Shown: positions 35,444-47,107 of the stretch, piece after piece
Layout: the number at the start of each line of letters is the position of its first letter
Position numbering within the stretch: the stretch's first letter is position 1
The notes under the pieces: model-generated
Database searches by the model: none
What the model saw: the letters and a program-made list of their open reading frames with translations, nothing else
What the model was told of the DNA's origin: nothing
Program-made: the position numbers and the translations under genes
Assembly: GCA_950097015.1 (NCBI GenBank)
Contig: CATNEN010000030.1
Span: 4,092,001 to 4,156,000, forward strand
Origin: Macrostomum hystrix
Taxonomy: Eukaryota; Animalia; Platyhelminthes
DNA: 64,000 bases
Reading direction: 5' to 3'

Positions 35444-35998
35444 CCATAGTCCGGATCATGCTGGACTTACGCCGGAGGAAAAATCCAACATTTTTGGCAC
35501 TTACGCCAGACTTACGCCAACCAAAAAAAGGTCCCTCTGACTTACGCCACCCAAAAAAGGTCCTTCACAGTTCTTGTTAATCGGTGATTAATTAAATTCA
35601 GAAGTTGCAACTGTTTAAAAATCTCACAAGTTGCAAATTCTGAATCAAGTATCAAAGTAGGCATCTTAAAGCTAAAAAAACTTTTGCTATCCTACAATAG
35701 ATATTCTGCTATCTCATTTATACGAACTGCAATATTTTAATGAACTTTGTTTTAATGCTGCTCCTTAACATCATAATTAATGCAAATGTGTTATGTTCTA
35801 TAGTGATACATTTGATCGTGAATGATCTCATTTGTGCTAACATTTATGCCACTTGATTTATGCCATGTACTTATGCCAAGCACTTAGGCCAAGGCACATT
35901 TTGGCCTATACTTACGCCAAGCACTTACGCCAGCCTCCGATCCCAAACCAGATTTACGCCGGAGATCTCCCGCATAAACGACATGATCCGGACTATGG
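35444..35998. mobile_element. 555-bp non-autonomous DNA transposon (MITE) with an 8-bp TSD; hAT or P type
   Basis: Perfect 17-bp TIRs CCATAGTCCGGATCATG (35444-35460) and CATGATCCGGACTATGG (35982-35998), flanked by the direct repeat CACTACAA (35436-35443 and 35999-36006). The subterminal motif ACTTACGCC is repeated near both ends. Confidence 0.93.
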
Positions 35999-36430
35999 CA
36001 CTACAAGAGGCCAAGCAGCAAGTTGCAACACTGTCATTTATTGTGGATCCTTTGCTGAATTAAGACACAATCCTGCAGAATTTGGGCACAACATTTGACA
36101 CTCCTCATATACTTTTTGTTTTATTGTTTCAAAATGTTTTCCCAAACATTTTTTGTATTGATTTAAAATTAAACTTTTCAGAGAAGCTGTTTAACAAATG
36201 ATTTTAAAACATTGCCAACATGAGCAAAATCTGATAAACAAAGCTGCATGTATTTATGACATGCTTATGTAAAATAGCAGATTTGAATGTATAAGTGTAA
36301 AATGTAAAGTAAGATAATGTAAATATAAATATAAAGTGTAAAAAACAGGAAGTAACAATTAAAAGTAACAACCATTACTATTATTTTAGTTTTTCATTTT
36401 TTGTTACTAAATGGTAGGGGTCAGACAATA

Positions 36431-38570
36431 ATAATAATAATAATAGTTACACTCCACGCCGACCACAGAAGTGGCCAAGAGGGGGGAGCATCCAAACTCG
36501 CGTTTCAGTGCCAGGTCTCTGACGTGCTTCACGCCTGCCGCCTGGCTGGGTGCTCGGGCGTCTTCAAAAAGGCGGTCAATATAGCGGGCTGTTCGTCCCT
36601 GGCCACGCCTGCGCGGTCCCTGCGAGGTCCACAGCAGGACATCCTGCAGCGGCTCTGGGCAGTAGGCTTCGGCGCGGATGACATGCCCGGCCAGCCGCAG
36701 TCGCCGCTGACTCAGCAGGACAGAAGGCCGTGTTAGGCACGCACCCTGGTACAGGGACTCGGTTGTCTCGCTGCCAAGGCCGCGGCGGGCGCCGAAAGCG
36801 GCGCGAACTAGGGCCGCATGCGCCGCGTCGAGCTGCGCCTCGAGTGCCCCAGTCATCGTCCAGGTCTCAGCATTGTACAAGAGGGCGGTCTCGACAACTG
36901 CTTGGAACAGCTGGGACCTGGCGCCGTTCGACAGGGCCTCGGAGAGTAGCACCGCCCGCACAGAACGGTAGGCGGCCCAGGCCTTGCCGCGTCTTCTCGC
37001 CAGGTCGTCGCCTACGTCAGGCACCAGTCCGCCGAGGTAGACGAACTGACGGCACTTCGGGAGCATGGTCCCGGGGCCGTCACCGTCTCTTAGTCGAATC
37101 TCGGCAGGTAGGTTTTGCGGCACCGTCAGCACCTCGGTCTTCATGGCGTTGATAGCGAGGCCGACCCTCGCCGCCGCCACAGTCAGGCCATCCAGCAGCC
37201 GTTGGGCGCCTTTGGCCATTGTAGACAGCAGGGCAAGGTCATCCGTGTAGCCGAGGACAGACAACTTCTTCTCCGGGTGCCGTCGACTAGTGCGTCTTTG
37301 AAGCAGAAAACCGTCCTCTGCAGTCGGCAGGCCGGTCCTGAGCACCCAGTCCATCACCAGCACGAAAAGAAAAGGCACCAGGGTGTCACCCTGCAGCACT
37401 CCGGAGGTAGTGCTGAACGGGTCCAACGGTCCGTCTGGCGTCGCTACCACAGCAGTGGTGTCCTGATACAGTGCCATGATGGCGGAGATCAGCTGCTGTG
37501 GTATGTTGTAGGCACGGAGCACATGAGGCAGCGCGCCGCGGGCCACCGAGTCGAAAGCTTTGAGAAAGTCAACAAAGATGACGACAAGGCTTGACTGGTG
37601 GATGCGCGCCTCCTCGATGATGCGACAGAGGGCCAGGATCTGATTCACCGTGCTGCGATGGGGCCGGAACCCATTCTGCTCGTACCACAGAAACAAGTCC
37701 AGCACAGGTTGAACCGTGCTAACAGCACCCGGTTGAACAGCTTCGCGGCACAGGACATGAGCAAGATCCCGCGATGCTCCTTCTTCTTTGTAGTGCCCGG
37801 CTTCTTTGGGATGCCGACGATGGTGGCCTGGGTCCACTCGCGGGGCAATGGCTGGGCCTCCCGCCAGGATGCCGTTCATCACGCGGGCCACCTCGGTGGC
37901 AACCCTTGTGACTCGCAGTGCCTCTACAGGGACCTCATCCGGACCAGGGGCGCGGCCTCCCGGTGCCCTGTGGGCGAATTCCACAATGTCGGTGCTGGTC
38001 ACTGGACTGGTGTCGAAGTCCTCCTGCCGCGGTAGCGCCACCTCGGGGGGCAGCGGCATCTCGTTCGGCAGAGTCGGCGGCGGCGCGTTGACAATGGCGG
38101 CGAAGAAGGTGCGCAGCTCGTTTCAGCACTCCTCGGCAGTATCGCCAGCCAGGTTAAGCGCCGCTTTCATTTTGCGACCGGTGAGGGCGTTTACAACGGG
38201 CCAGACGACCCTGTTCTGCCGTTCAGGCCCGACAGAGGTGACAGCACGGATCGCGTCGTCAACAGCGGCTTTCTGTCGACTTGCGTAGGCGTCTGCCAGG
38301 ACTTTCTCGGCATCGGATGTCGGTCGCCTGGCTCGCTGCAGCTGCTCGACAGTGCGGCGGGCCTCACGTACCTCCGGGTCGCTCGCCCAAACTGGAAGTT
38401 GCCGTGACGCGGGTTCCATAAGTGGCAGAGTCTTGGCAGCGGCAGTGGCAATGGCTGAGTTAATTGTGCTGTAGTCCGGCACCTGCGCTAATCCCAGGGC
38501 GGTCACGAAGGCGTACGCAAACCTGCTGCGGGTGCCTGGGTCTTGCAAGGCGCGGAAGTACCTTCTTCTA
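36431..38570 (-). mobile_element. 5'-truncated RTE-type non-LTR retrotransposon (reverse transcriptase domain), inactive
   Basis: RT motifs EQNGFRPHRS, FVDFLKAFDSV, GVLQGDTLVPFLF, YTDDLALL, FVYLGG, RRLRLAGHVIR. In-frame stop near 38123 and frameshifts around 37715-37850. (TAT)n 3' tail at 36428-36444; 12-bp TSD GGTCAGACAATA at 36419-36430 and 38571-38582. Confidence 0.93.
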
Positions 38571-41500
38571 GGTCAGACAATATCTTGATCATTGAGATCT
38601 TGGCACTTTTTTCAATCTTAATCTTAGGTTCAAAATGTCAAAAAAAGTTCCAGATTTATTTTTATTTAATTTTTTTCTACAGTTGTACTTTTGTAAACAA
38701 TTTTTTAAACAAAATTTTACAAAACCACTTGCTTTCTGTCAATTATATTCTGGCCCTGATTTAGTTTAGAGTGCTGTCAGGAGTTGTAGCATGGTGTATG
38801 CTGACTTAGTCTATAGGGATCAAAGTCACCTGGTGAAAGTCCTTTGCACTCTCACTTTCTTTCCACAATGGGGTCCAAGATTAGTAGTTTCATTTGGAGG
38901 ATTAAGGCAGAATTTTGGGACTTCAGGAGTGTATTTAAGGAGCCTTAGGTAGACTTCGGGTAGACTTCAGGTGAACTTTTAGGGTGGATTTTGGGCGGTT
39001 TATTGGGGTTTCAAAGGGGTCATATATAGGGTAGATTTGGGTGAAGAATGCTGATGAGTGGTCATTCGGAGTGGATTGGGAAGTTAAATGGATTTATCCA
39101 TTTATTCCTATCAGAAAATGACTAAGGAAGTTGGTAGCAAACAATTCTGGAGCAAAATGGGGAAAGTTGGTAGGAAGCAGAATCGCTTACAGGTTGTACA
39201 GATCATACCAGTTGTCCTTCTAAAATTTATTTCTCTCTGTATTTATACACAGAAATTGGGGTGGGTACATGTTATGCTTAAGTACACACATATAACAAAT
39301 AAAGTTGTGAATTTTTCAATAAGTAAGCCAGCATGTGAGGAATAAACGGGGATATAAAGATCCTAATTATTTGCTGCATCACATGAAAATATTACTATGT
39401 ACATTGTTTTCTTATCATGAAACATTCAGTTCAAAAGTATTAAAGTTATTTTCACCAAAACCATTCCATATGGGATTTTTTTGGCATGTGCCACTGCGGG
39501 ACACATACCAAAAATCTGCTGCATGCTGTGTATGTGGCGTATCACTGCCCAAGACCCTGTTGCATGCAATAGTTTTCCCCAAAGAACAGCATCTTTGACA
39601 GTATGGATCAAATCTAGAAAATCTCAAGTGCTGATGTCAAGTCTCAAAAATCTCAAAGTGATGATGTCCGACCCCTACCAAATGGTAAGTAACAACCACT
39701 GTCAAGAAGGTGTCCTTCATGCCAGAAGTTTCTGGCATGCATTAGCCCTTCATAGTTTATTGGCGTACATATTTAGCATTATAAAAAATCAAATACAAAA
39801 ATATTTACCAAGTAGAAAGATAAATTTGAAGACAGAATATGTCCATAGAACCATATAGTGAATGCCCACTGGTCTTTTTTCAAATTTATTATGCTTGCAA
39901 ATTGTTTTTTAATTATTATTGCAATGGCCTCAAGGTTAATGGTATCCCTATTTTCTCTAAGTTTTGTTTGATTACTCTTAAACATTTTTCAAATTCTACA
40001 TATCTCTCATGTGATATGTGAGGCATTAAATGTGGGTAATACAGCACATGTGATAATATCTCTGTGCATATATTATGCAAATTTTATGTAGTCCATCAAG
40101 GCTACATAAAATTATGTAATACTTGAGCCTCACAAGTGTGACACCCCCTAAGCTACGACTCTAAGTGCTACTGAATTGAACTGTTGTGATTTGAGTTGAT
40201 TTGAATTGAATTAATGTCAATTCTAGTGTAGTGAGCAAAACAAATTGGTGTACTTGGTGTACTTTTGCCAACAAAAACTCTGGTGTACACTGGACACCAT
40301 CCTGATGTCGTAGGCCTCTGTCTTATTTCTTACTAAACTCTAAATTCCTTGCCTGGAAATGTTTTTAAATTCGCATTTCATGTTTCAATTTACTATTTCT
40401 ATTTTATATATTACTTTAACAAGTATTCAAATAGCTTTTAATTGCGCTCACAAATACTCCTGCATGCATGCCTTTTAGATTTCCCTTTTTTATTAGATCC
40501 CTTCTTTGTGCGGGATTCCCCCTGTATATTCTCCCTTTTTATCTCCCAATGCATGCCTAAATATTGCCAAATATTGAATTATTGTTTTATTGTTTTATTG
40601 TTCTATTTTCTATATTAGTAAATTATCCCGATCGAATCGCTTGTAAATTTTTAATTAACTCGGTCAAATATATTTTAACATTCAGCGGTAGAGTTTCTTG
40701 AAACTGATCCGCGCCCCAGTCCTTCGGGGATTCGTTTTAACAACAAACTCTAAATTCCAATAATGCCAATCCTACTGCCGTCACCAAAGTTGTCCTAGGG
40801 CTATTTTACAATATCTAATATCTCACTGAATGTCACCAAAGTTGTTGTAATGTTTATAAACTTTTATTCAAATTCGCTCTACAAACTTTCTTAATTCAAA
40901 TTGGTAGCGTTATGTATCTATTCTGGTAGCGTTATAATATGGCCGACTTCTATTTACTTCTTTATTTATAACTTTACTATATTATTCCTATAAGTACCTT
41001 GTATCAATCTTTATCCGTCTTTATCCATCTTTATTAGTCTTTATACGTCTTCAGTCCGTCTTTAATTCAATTTTCAGTCAGTCTTAGGCTTTACCAGTGT
41101 ATCTAGATTTACAGCTCTTCTATTTACTCTGTTTACTTCTCTCTTGCAATGTCTCTTTCTCAAATGACTTCAACACGAATACTTCACGTTTCATGCTTTT
41201 TCAATCTGAACTCTTTTTACTAACCGAGGTTGTCCGAGTTAATTTTCTCTTTATTTTGCTCGTGTATTTATAGTATTTCCTCGCCTCTTCTCCTCCGCGA
41301 CTTCAGTATAACAATTTTATTTTTGGTTCAGATAAACAAACAGTGCATTAAAACAGTTTGTAAAGTAAAACAAAATAATAATATTTCGCGGGAAATGATT
41401 TCTAAGAAAACGGGGCCCTACCTCACTGACAGCAGAGTAACAATTGTTATTGCCAAAATTTTGTTACTTTTTTAGTAGGGTTACAACTTCATGGCTACAT

Positions 41501-42236
41501 AAAAATAGTAGTAATAATAATAATATAAAACCAGTTGGTACTATTTGAAAGTGTATATGTGTATTCGAATCATATTGAGTGCCCAGGGCATTCATGCCAA
41601 ATGCTGCTGGGCCTCTGCCTCCAGAGTCATGGCCAATGCAACCAAGTCCCTTCGGACCTGGCCCTCCTCACCAGCCGACGGAGCAGAAGTGCCAAGGCCA
41701 AGGGCAAACTCTAACACTGACTGACTGTTTTATGGCTGACTTGCAGGGGCTGGGTCTCAGCCCCAGGCCACAGCTGCCTGCCCCTCCTGTCTGTTTCGCA
41801 AGCACGTGTGCGCAAGAGCTCATTAGCTCCTGCGAGTCTCTATTTATGTAACTATTGAATGCCTAAATTATTAAGCTTGTTTTAATCACCATAATTAAAA
41901 CAATTAGGCAAGTTTTTTGTTTAGATTAGCTATTGGCCTATATAAAAGCTTGAGATAAGTAATTTGGGCAAACATATTGATATTGGCTTGGCTAGCTGGC
42001 AAATACTTTATGCCTTGTATGTGAGTTTTTCATGAGTACATCTAGGTCTACAAAAAGGAAAAATGAAAATATGAACTAAGAGGCTATTTAAACAAAAGTT
42101 TTCGACTTTTTTTACATAAAAATGGCCTAACAATCAAAATGAGTGACTAGCTAACTATTGCATTGAGAGTTGTGTATGTATAATACCTGCACAATAGTCC
42201 TAATGAAGTTGATTGCATTCTTTGCAGCCATCCGTC

Positions 42237-42773
42237 ATGTCTCTGATTGGTCGCCTATTCCTTAGCCAATCAGCTGCTGCCATTGGCCGTTCACTTTTTC
42301 ACTCCAGTCCAGCTAGCCTGGCTAGCAAGCGGCCATGGAATCTGACTCGCCTGAATCACGTAGCCATTGTTGTTCCAGACATCAAAGCCTCCAGCGAACT
42401 ATTTAGCAAGGTGTTCGGCGCCAAGGTAAGCGCACCTGAGGACCTGCCTGAGCACGGCGTCACAACCGTGTTCGTTGAGCTGGACAATTGCAAACTGGAG
42501 CTGCTGCACCCGCTTGGTCCGGACAGCCCTGTGGCCAACTTCCTGGCTAAGAACAAGGCCGGCGGCATTCATCACATCTGCGTAGAGACTGACAACATCT
42601 CCGCCGCCATCGCCGACCTGCCCAAGTACAAGGTGCGCGCCCTGGGTGGCGAGGCTAAAACTGGCGCCCACGGCTATCCGGTTGTGTTCCTGCACCCAAA
42701 GGATGTCAACGGTGTGCTCACCGAGCTTGAGCAGCCGGACGAGGAATGGAAGAAGAGTCACGCCAAGAAGTAG
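42237..42773 (+). CDS. MCEE: Methylmalonyl-CoA epimerase, mitochondrial; intronless
   Basis: MSLIGRLFLS... presequence, then WNLTRLNHVAIVVPD, LPEHGVTTVFVELDNCKLELLHPLG, KNKAGGIHHICVE, GAHGYPVVFLHPKDVNGVLTELEQ (metal-binding His/Glu residues intact). ATG at 42237 follows a tctttgcag acceptor. Confidence 0.96.
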   Translation: MSLIGRLFLSQSAAAIGRSLFHSSPASLASKRPWNLTRLNHVAIVVPDIKASSELFSKVFGAKVSAPEDLPEHGVTTVFVELDNCKLELLHPLGPDSPVANFLAKNKAGGIHHICVETDNISAAIADLPKYKVRALGGEAKTGAHGYPVVFLHPKDVNGVLTELEQPDEEWKKSHAKK

Positions 42774-43519
42774 AATTGATTTTAGGAAGGCACCCCCTGT
42801 CTGCTTGCCGAAAATGATTACAGAATTAACCAAGTAGTATACACTTAGCTACTTGTTGTGTTTTTTCGACCAACGCGAATTCCACCCTAGCCAACGCTAG
42901 TATTAGTTATTCAGCATTAGTTATTAGTTATAGCAGCCAAGATACTGAGGAAATCAAGGAGAACACACTCCTATCTTAACAGATATATAAAGTGTATAAA
43001 GTCATTACGAGTATGGATCGGCCATATATCAATTTATGTATATCCTAAAAATTCATAAAATATAGTATTTACTACTCTTTAAGTTTTTTTGTAATCTTGA
43101 GAGTTTGCAGACATTAACAGACATTAGTCTGTTATTGCTTGTTGTAGTTTGCTATAGACATAAATTGTCTATCACCATTTGCAGAAATCTCTAGAAGCCT
43201 TAGTCTCATTTTGTGATAAGAAATACTATAACCTCCAATTCGCTTCAATTTAACTTCACCATCAGACGATACTCATTTTGCTGCTCTCTATCTGTACACT
43301 CACAGTACATTGTGGATTTTTTATAAATACGAGTCGTATTTCGTAGATTTCGCTTATAAAAGTATCATTTTAAATCCAGCTTCGCTTAAATTGTCTTTAC
43401 TTTGCTAATGGCTACTATTAGGTACTCTAGTTTTTACTTTCATAAACCTTCATAAGGATGAAAATAAAATCATTACTTTATAATTATTTAGTAGAGGTAT
43501 TTATCAGTTAAACATTAGT

Positions 43520-43772
43520 AACGACCCACTAATGTAGCAGCGACCCACTAAAGCACCTGTTATGTAGCAGCGACCCACTAAAGCACCTGTTATGTAGCAG
43601 CGACCCACTAAAGCACCTGTTATGTAGCAGCGACCCACTAAAGCACCTGTTATGTAGCAGCGACCCACTAAAGCGCCTGTTATGTAGCAGCGACCCACTA
43701 AAGCACCTGTTATGTAGCAGCGACCCACTAAAGCGCCTGTTATGTAGCAGCGACCCACTAAAACACCTGTTA
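43520..43772. repeat. 30-bp minisatellite, about 8 units, upstream of PPP6C
   Basis: Unit TATGTAGCAGCGACCCACTAAAGCACCTGT. Confidence 0.95.
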
Positions 43773-43856
43773 GGTAGCGGGGATGGAAACGAATGCAGCT
43801 ATTAAGATAAATTGCGCTAATAAACAGTTCCAGGTGACACAGAGGCCTATAAAATA

Positions 43857-46778
43857 ATGAGCGAACTGGACAAATGGATCGAGATAGCTCGCGACTGCAA
43901 GTACCTGCCAGAAGGCGACCTGTACAAGTTGTGCAACTACGTTAGCGATCTGCTAATCGAAGAGTGCAATGTACAGCCAGTCAGGACGCCTGTGACAGTG
44001 TGCGGCGACATTCACGGCCAGTTCTACGATCTTTTGGAGCTGTTCCGCACTGGAGGAGAACTGCCCAACACTAACTATGTGTTTCTAGGAGACTTTGTTG
44101 ACAGGTGCTGGGGCCTTTGCACACATTTTTTGGGGCGTCAGTCTCATCATGAGATTCTGAAGGTGTCAGTCTCATGGTGAGAATCTATAATACGTCAGTC
44201 TCATGGTGGGATTCTGTGACTGTGAAGTCAGTTTCGTGGTAAGATTCTGTAATAAGTCAGTCTCATTGTGAGATTCTGTTAGAAGTCAGTTTCATAGTGA
44301 GATTCTGTTAGAAGTCAGTTTCATAGTGAGATTCTGTTAGAAGTCAGTTTCATAGTGAGATTCTGTGGAGTCTCAGTCTCATGGTGAGATTCTGTCGAGT
44401 CTCAGTCTCATGGTGAGATTCTGTGAGAAGTCAGTCTCACTATTCAGTTGAAGTAAAAGTCGCGTGCGTCGCATTGCAGAGGCCACTACTCCCTGGAGAC
44501 ATGGACCTACCTGATGGCCCTGAAGGCCAAGTACCCGGACCGCATCACTCTACTGCGCGGGAATCACGAGTCCCGCCAGATCACCACAGTCTATGGCTTC
44601 TATGACGAGTGCATCAATAAGTACGGCAACGCCAATCCTTGGAAGGCCTGCTGCCGAGTGTTTGACCTGCTGACAATTGCCGCCTTAATTGATGAGTCCA
44701 TCCTCTGTGTGCACGGCGGCTTGTCACCTGAGATTCGAACTCTCGACCAGGTTTGCGGAATAGTTTGTGCTTGTTGGCCACTGACTTCACCTGATCCTTC
44801 ATTGAACCACTGACTTCACCTGATTCTTCATTGAACCACTGACTTTCACCTGATTCTTCATTGGGCCACTGACTTTCACCTGATTCTTCATTGAACCACT
44901 GACTTTCACCTGATTCTTCATTGAACCACTGACTTTCACCTGATTCTTCATTGGGCCACTGACTTCACCTGATCCTTCATTGGACCACTGACTTTCACCT
45001 GATCCTTCATTGGACCACTGACTTTCACCTGATTCTTCATTGAACCACTGACTTCACCTGATTCTTCATTGGGCCACTGACTTTCACCGGATCCTTCATT
45101 GGGCCACTGACTTTCACCGGATCCTTCATTGGGCCACTGACTTTCACCTGATTCTTCATTGAACCACTGACTTCACCTGATTCTTCATTGGGCCACTGAC
45201 TTCACCTGATTCTTCATTGGGCCACTGACTTCACCTGATTCTTCATTGGGCCACTGACTTCACCTGATTCTTCATTGGGCCACTGACTTCACCTGATTCT
45301 TCATTGGGCCACTGACTTTCACCGGATCCTTCATTGGGCCACTGACTTTCACCGGATCCTTCATTGGGCCACTGACTTTCACCTGATTCTTCATTGGGCC
45401 ACTGACTTTCACCTGATTCTTCATTGGGCCACTGACTTTCACCTGATTCTTCATTGGGCCACTGACTTCACCTGATTCTTCATTGGGCCACTGACTTCAC
45501 CTGATTCTTCATTGGGCCACTGACTTTCACCTGATTCTTCATTGGGCCACTGACTTTCACCTGATTCTTCATTGGGCCACTGACTTTCACCTGATTCTTC
45601 ATTGGGCCACTGACTTTCACCTGATTCTTCATTGGGCCACTGACTTTCACCTGATTCTTCATTGGGCCACTGACTTCACCTGATTCTTCATTGGGCCACT
45701 GACTTTCACCTGATTCTTCATTGGGCCACTGACTTTCACCTGATCCTTCATTGGGCCACTGACTTTCACCTGATTCTTCATTGGGCCACTGACTTTCACC
45801 TGATCCTTCATTGGGCCACTGACTTTCACCGGATCCTTCATTGGGCCACTGACTTTCACCTGATTCTTCATTGGGCCACTGACTTTCACCGGATCCTTCA
45901 TTGGGCCACTGACTTTCACCTGATCCTTCATTGGGCCACTGACTTTCACCTGATTCTTCATTGGGCCACTGACTTTCACCTGATTCTTCATTGGGCCACT
46001 GACTTTCACCTGATTCTTCATTGGGCCACTGACTTTCACCTGATTCTTCATTGGGCCACTGACTTTCACCTGATCCTTCATTGGGCCACTGACTTTCACC
46101 TGATCCTTCATTGGGCCACTGACTTTCACCTGATTCTTCATTGGGCCACTGACTTTCACCTGATTCTTCATTGGGCCACTGACTTTCACCTGATTCTTCA
46201 TTGGGCCACTGACTTCACCTGATTCTTCATTGGGCCACTGACTTCACCTGATCCTTCATTGGGCCACTGACTTTCACCGGATCCTTCATTGGGCCACTGA
46301 CTTTCACCGGATCCTTCATTGGGCCACTGACTTTCACCTGTCAGTGACCCCAGTGATCCACCATTTGTCCACGAAACATCCGCAGATTCGCACCATAGAC
46401 CGGCAACAGGAGATCCCGCACAAGGGCCCATTCTGCGATCTGGTCTGGAGCGATCCTGACGATGTCGACGCGTTCGCCATGTCGCCCAGAGGCGCCGGCT
46501 ACCTGTTTGGGCCTCGCGTTACCTCAGAGTTTATGAACGCCAACCAATTGAAACTGATCTGCCGCGCCCATCAGCTGGTGCAGGAGGGCTACAAGTTTGT
46601 ATTTAACGACTCCCTGGTAACTGTCTGGTCCGCGCCTAACTACTGCTACAGGTGCGGCAATGTGGCAGCCGTGCTGGCCCTTGACAGCGCCGGCGGCAGG
46701 GAGCCGAAGCTGTTCAACGCTGTGCCGGACGATCAGCGCACGGTGCCGGATAAGATCACAACGCCGTACTTCCTGTGA
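43857..46778 (+). CDS. PPP6C: Serine/threonine protein phosphatase 6 catalytic subunit (303 aa)
   Basis: Exons 43857-44104, 44480-44750, 46386-46778 (912 nt, GT-AG, in phase). Motifs [29 protein letters not shown] and C-terminal TPYFL; the N-terminus [16 protein letters not shown] and [16 protein letters not shown] match PP6 rather than PP2A or PP4. Confidence 0.96.
44135..44440. repeat. Degenerate ~29-bp minisatellite in PPP6C intron 1
   Basis: Unit approximately AGAAGTCAGTTTCATAGTGAGATTCTGTT. Confidence 0.85.
44778..46345. repeat. 29/30-bp minisatellite filling PPP6C intron 2
   Basis: Unit CCACTGACT(T)TCACCTGATTCTTCATTGGG. Confidence 0.97.
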
Positions 46779-47107
46779 TGCGCTAAAATAAGACTGTCCC
46801 TTAATTCTAACTGCGGATTGGGTACATTGTGGGCTGGTCCGCTAAGGGTAACTGTGCACTTTTGTGATTGTTCCCTCACTGAATTTTATCTAATTAATTG
46901 TTTGCCGCTAATTATATTTACACATTAACTGTTTCGCCACTGGATCGCAGTCTTTGAAATGATTTAGGCTCTAGGCTTATTTGGAATGACAAGGCCATCT
47001 TTAATTCACTTGGTCTATTATTGATCATGACTTATTATGCTGTGTTGTCATAAACTAACTGCTTGATCATTGTTCATATTGATCGGACATTGATCATGTT
47101 GTTAAGG

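Noticed and set aside
36401-38451. Plus-strand and alternate-frame ORFs overlapping the LINE; likewise antisense ORFs over ACSS3, MCEE and the PY-protein gene
   Set aside because: Shadow ORFs of GC-rich coding sequence.
42237-42773. Bacterial horizontal transfer of intronless MCEE
   Set aside because: It has a mitochondrial-type presequence and animal-like MCEE motifs, and other host genes here are also intron-poor.
45272-46431. ([10 protein letters not shown])n ORFs on the minus strand
   Set aside because: Antisense reading of the PPP6C intron 2 minisatellite.
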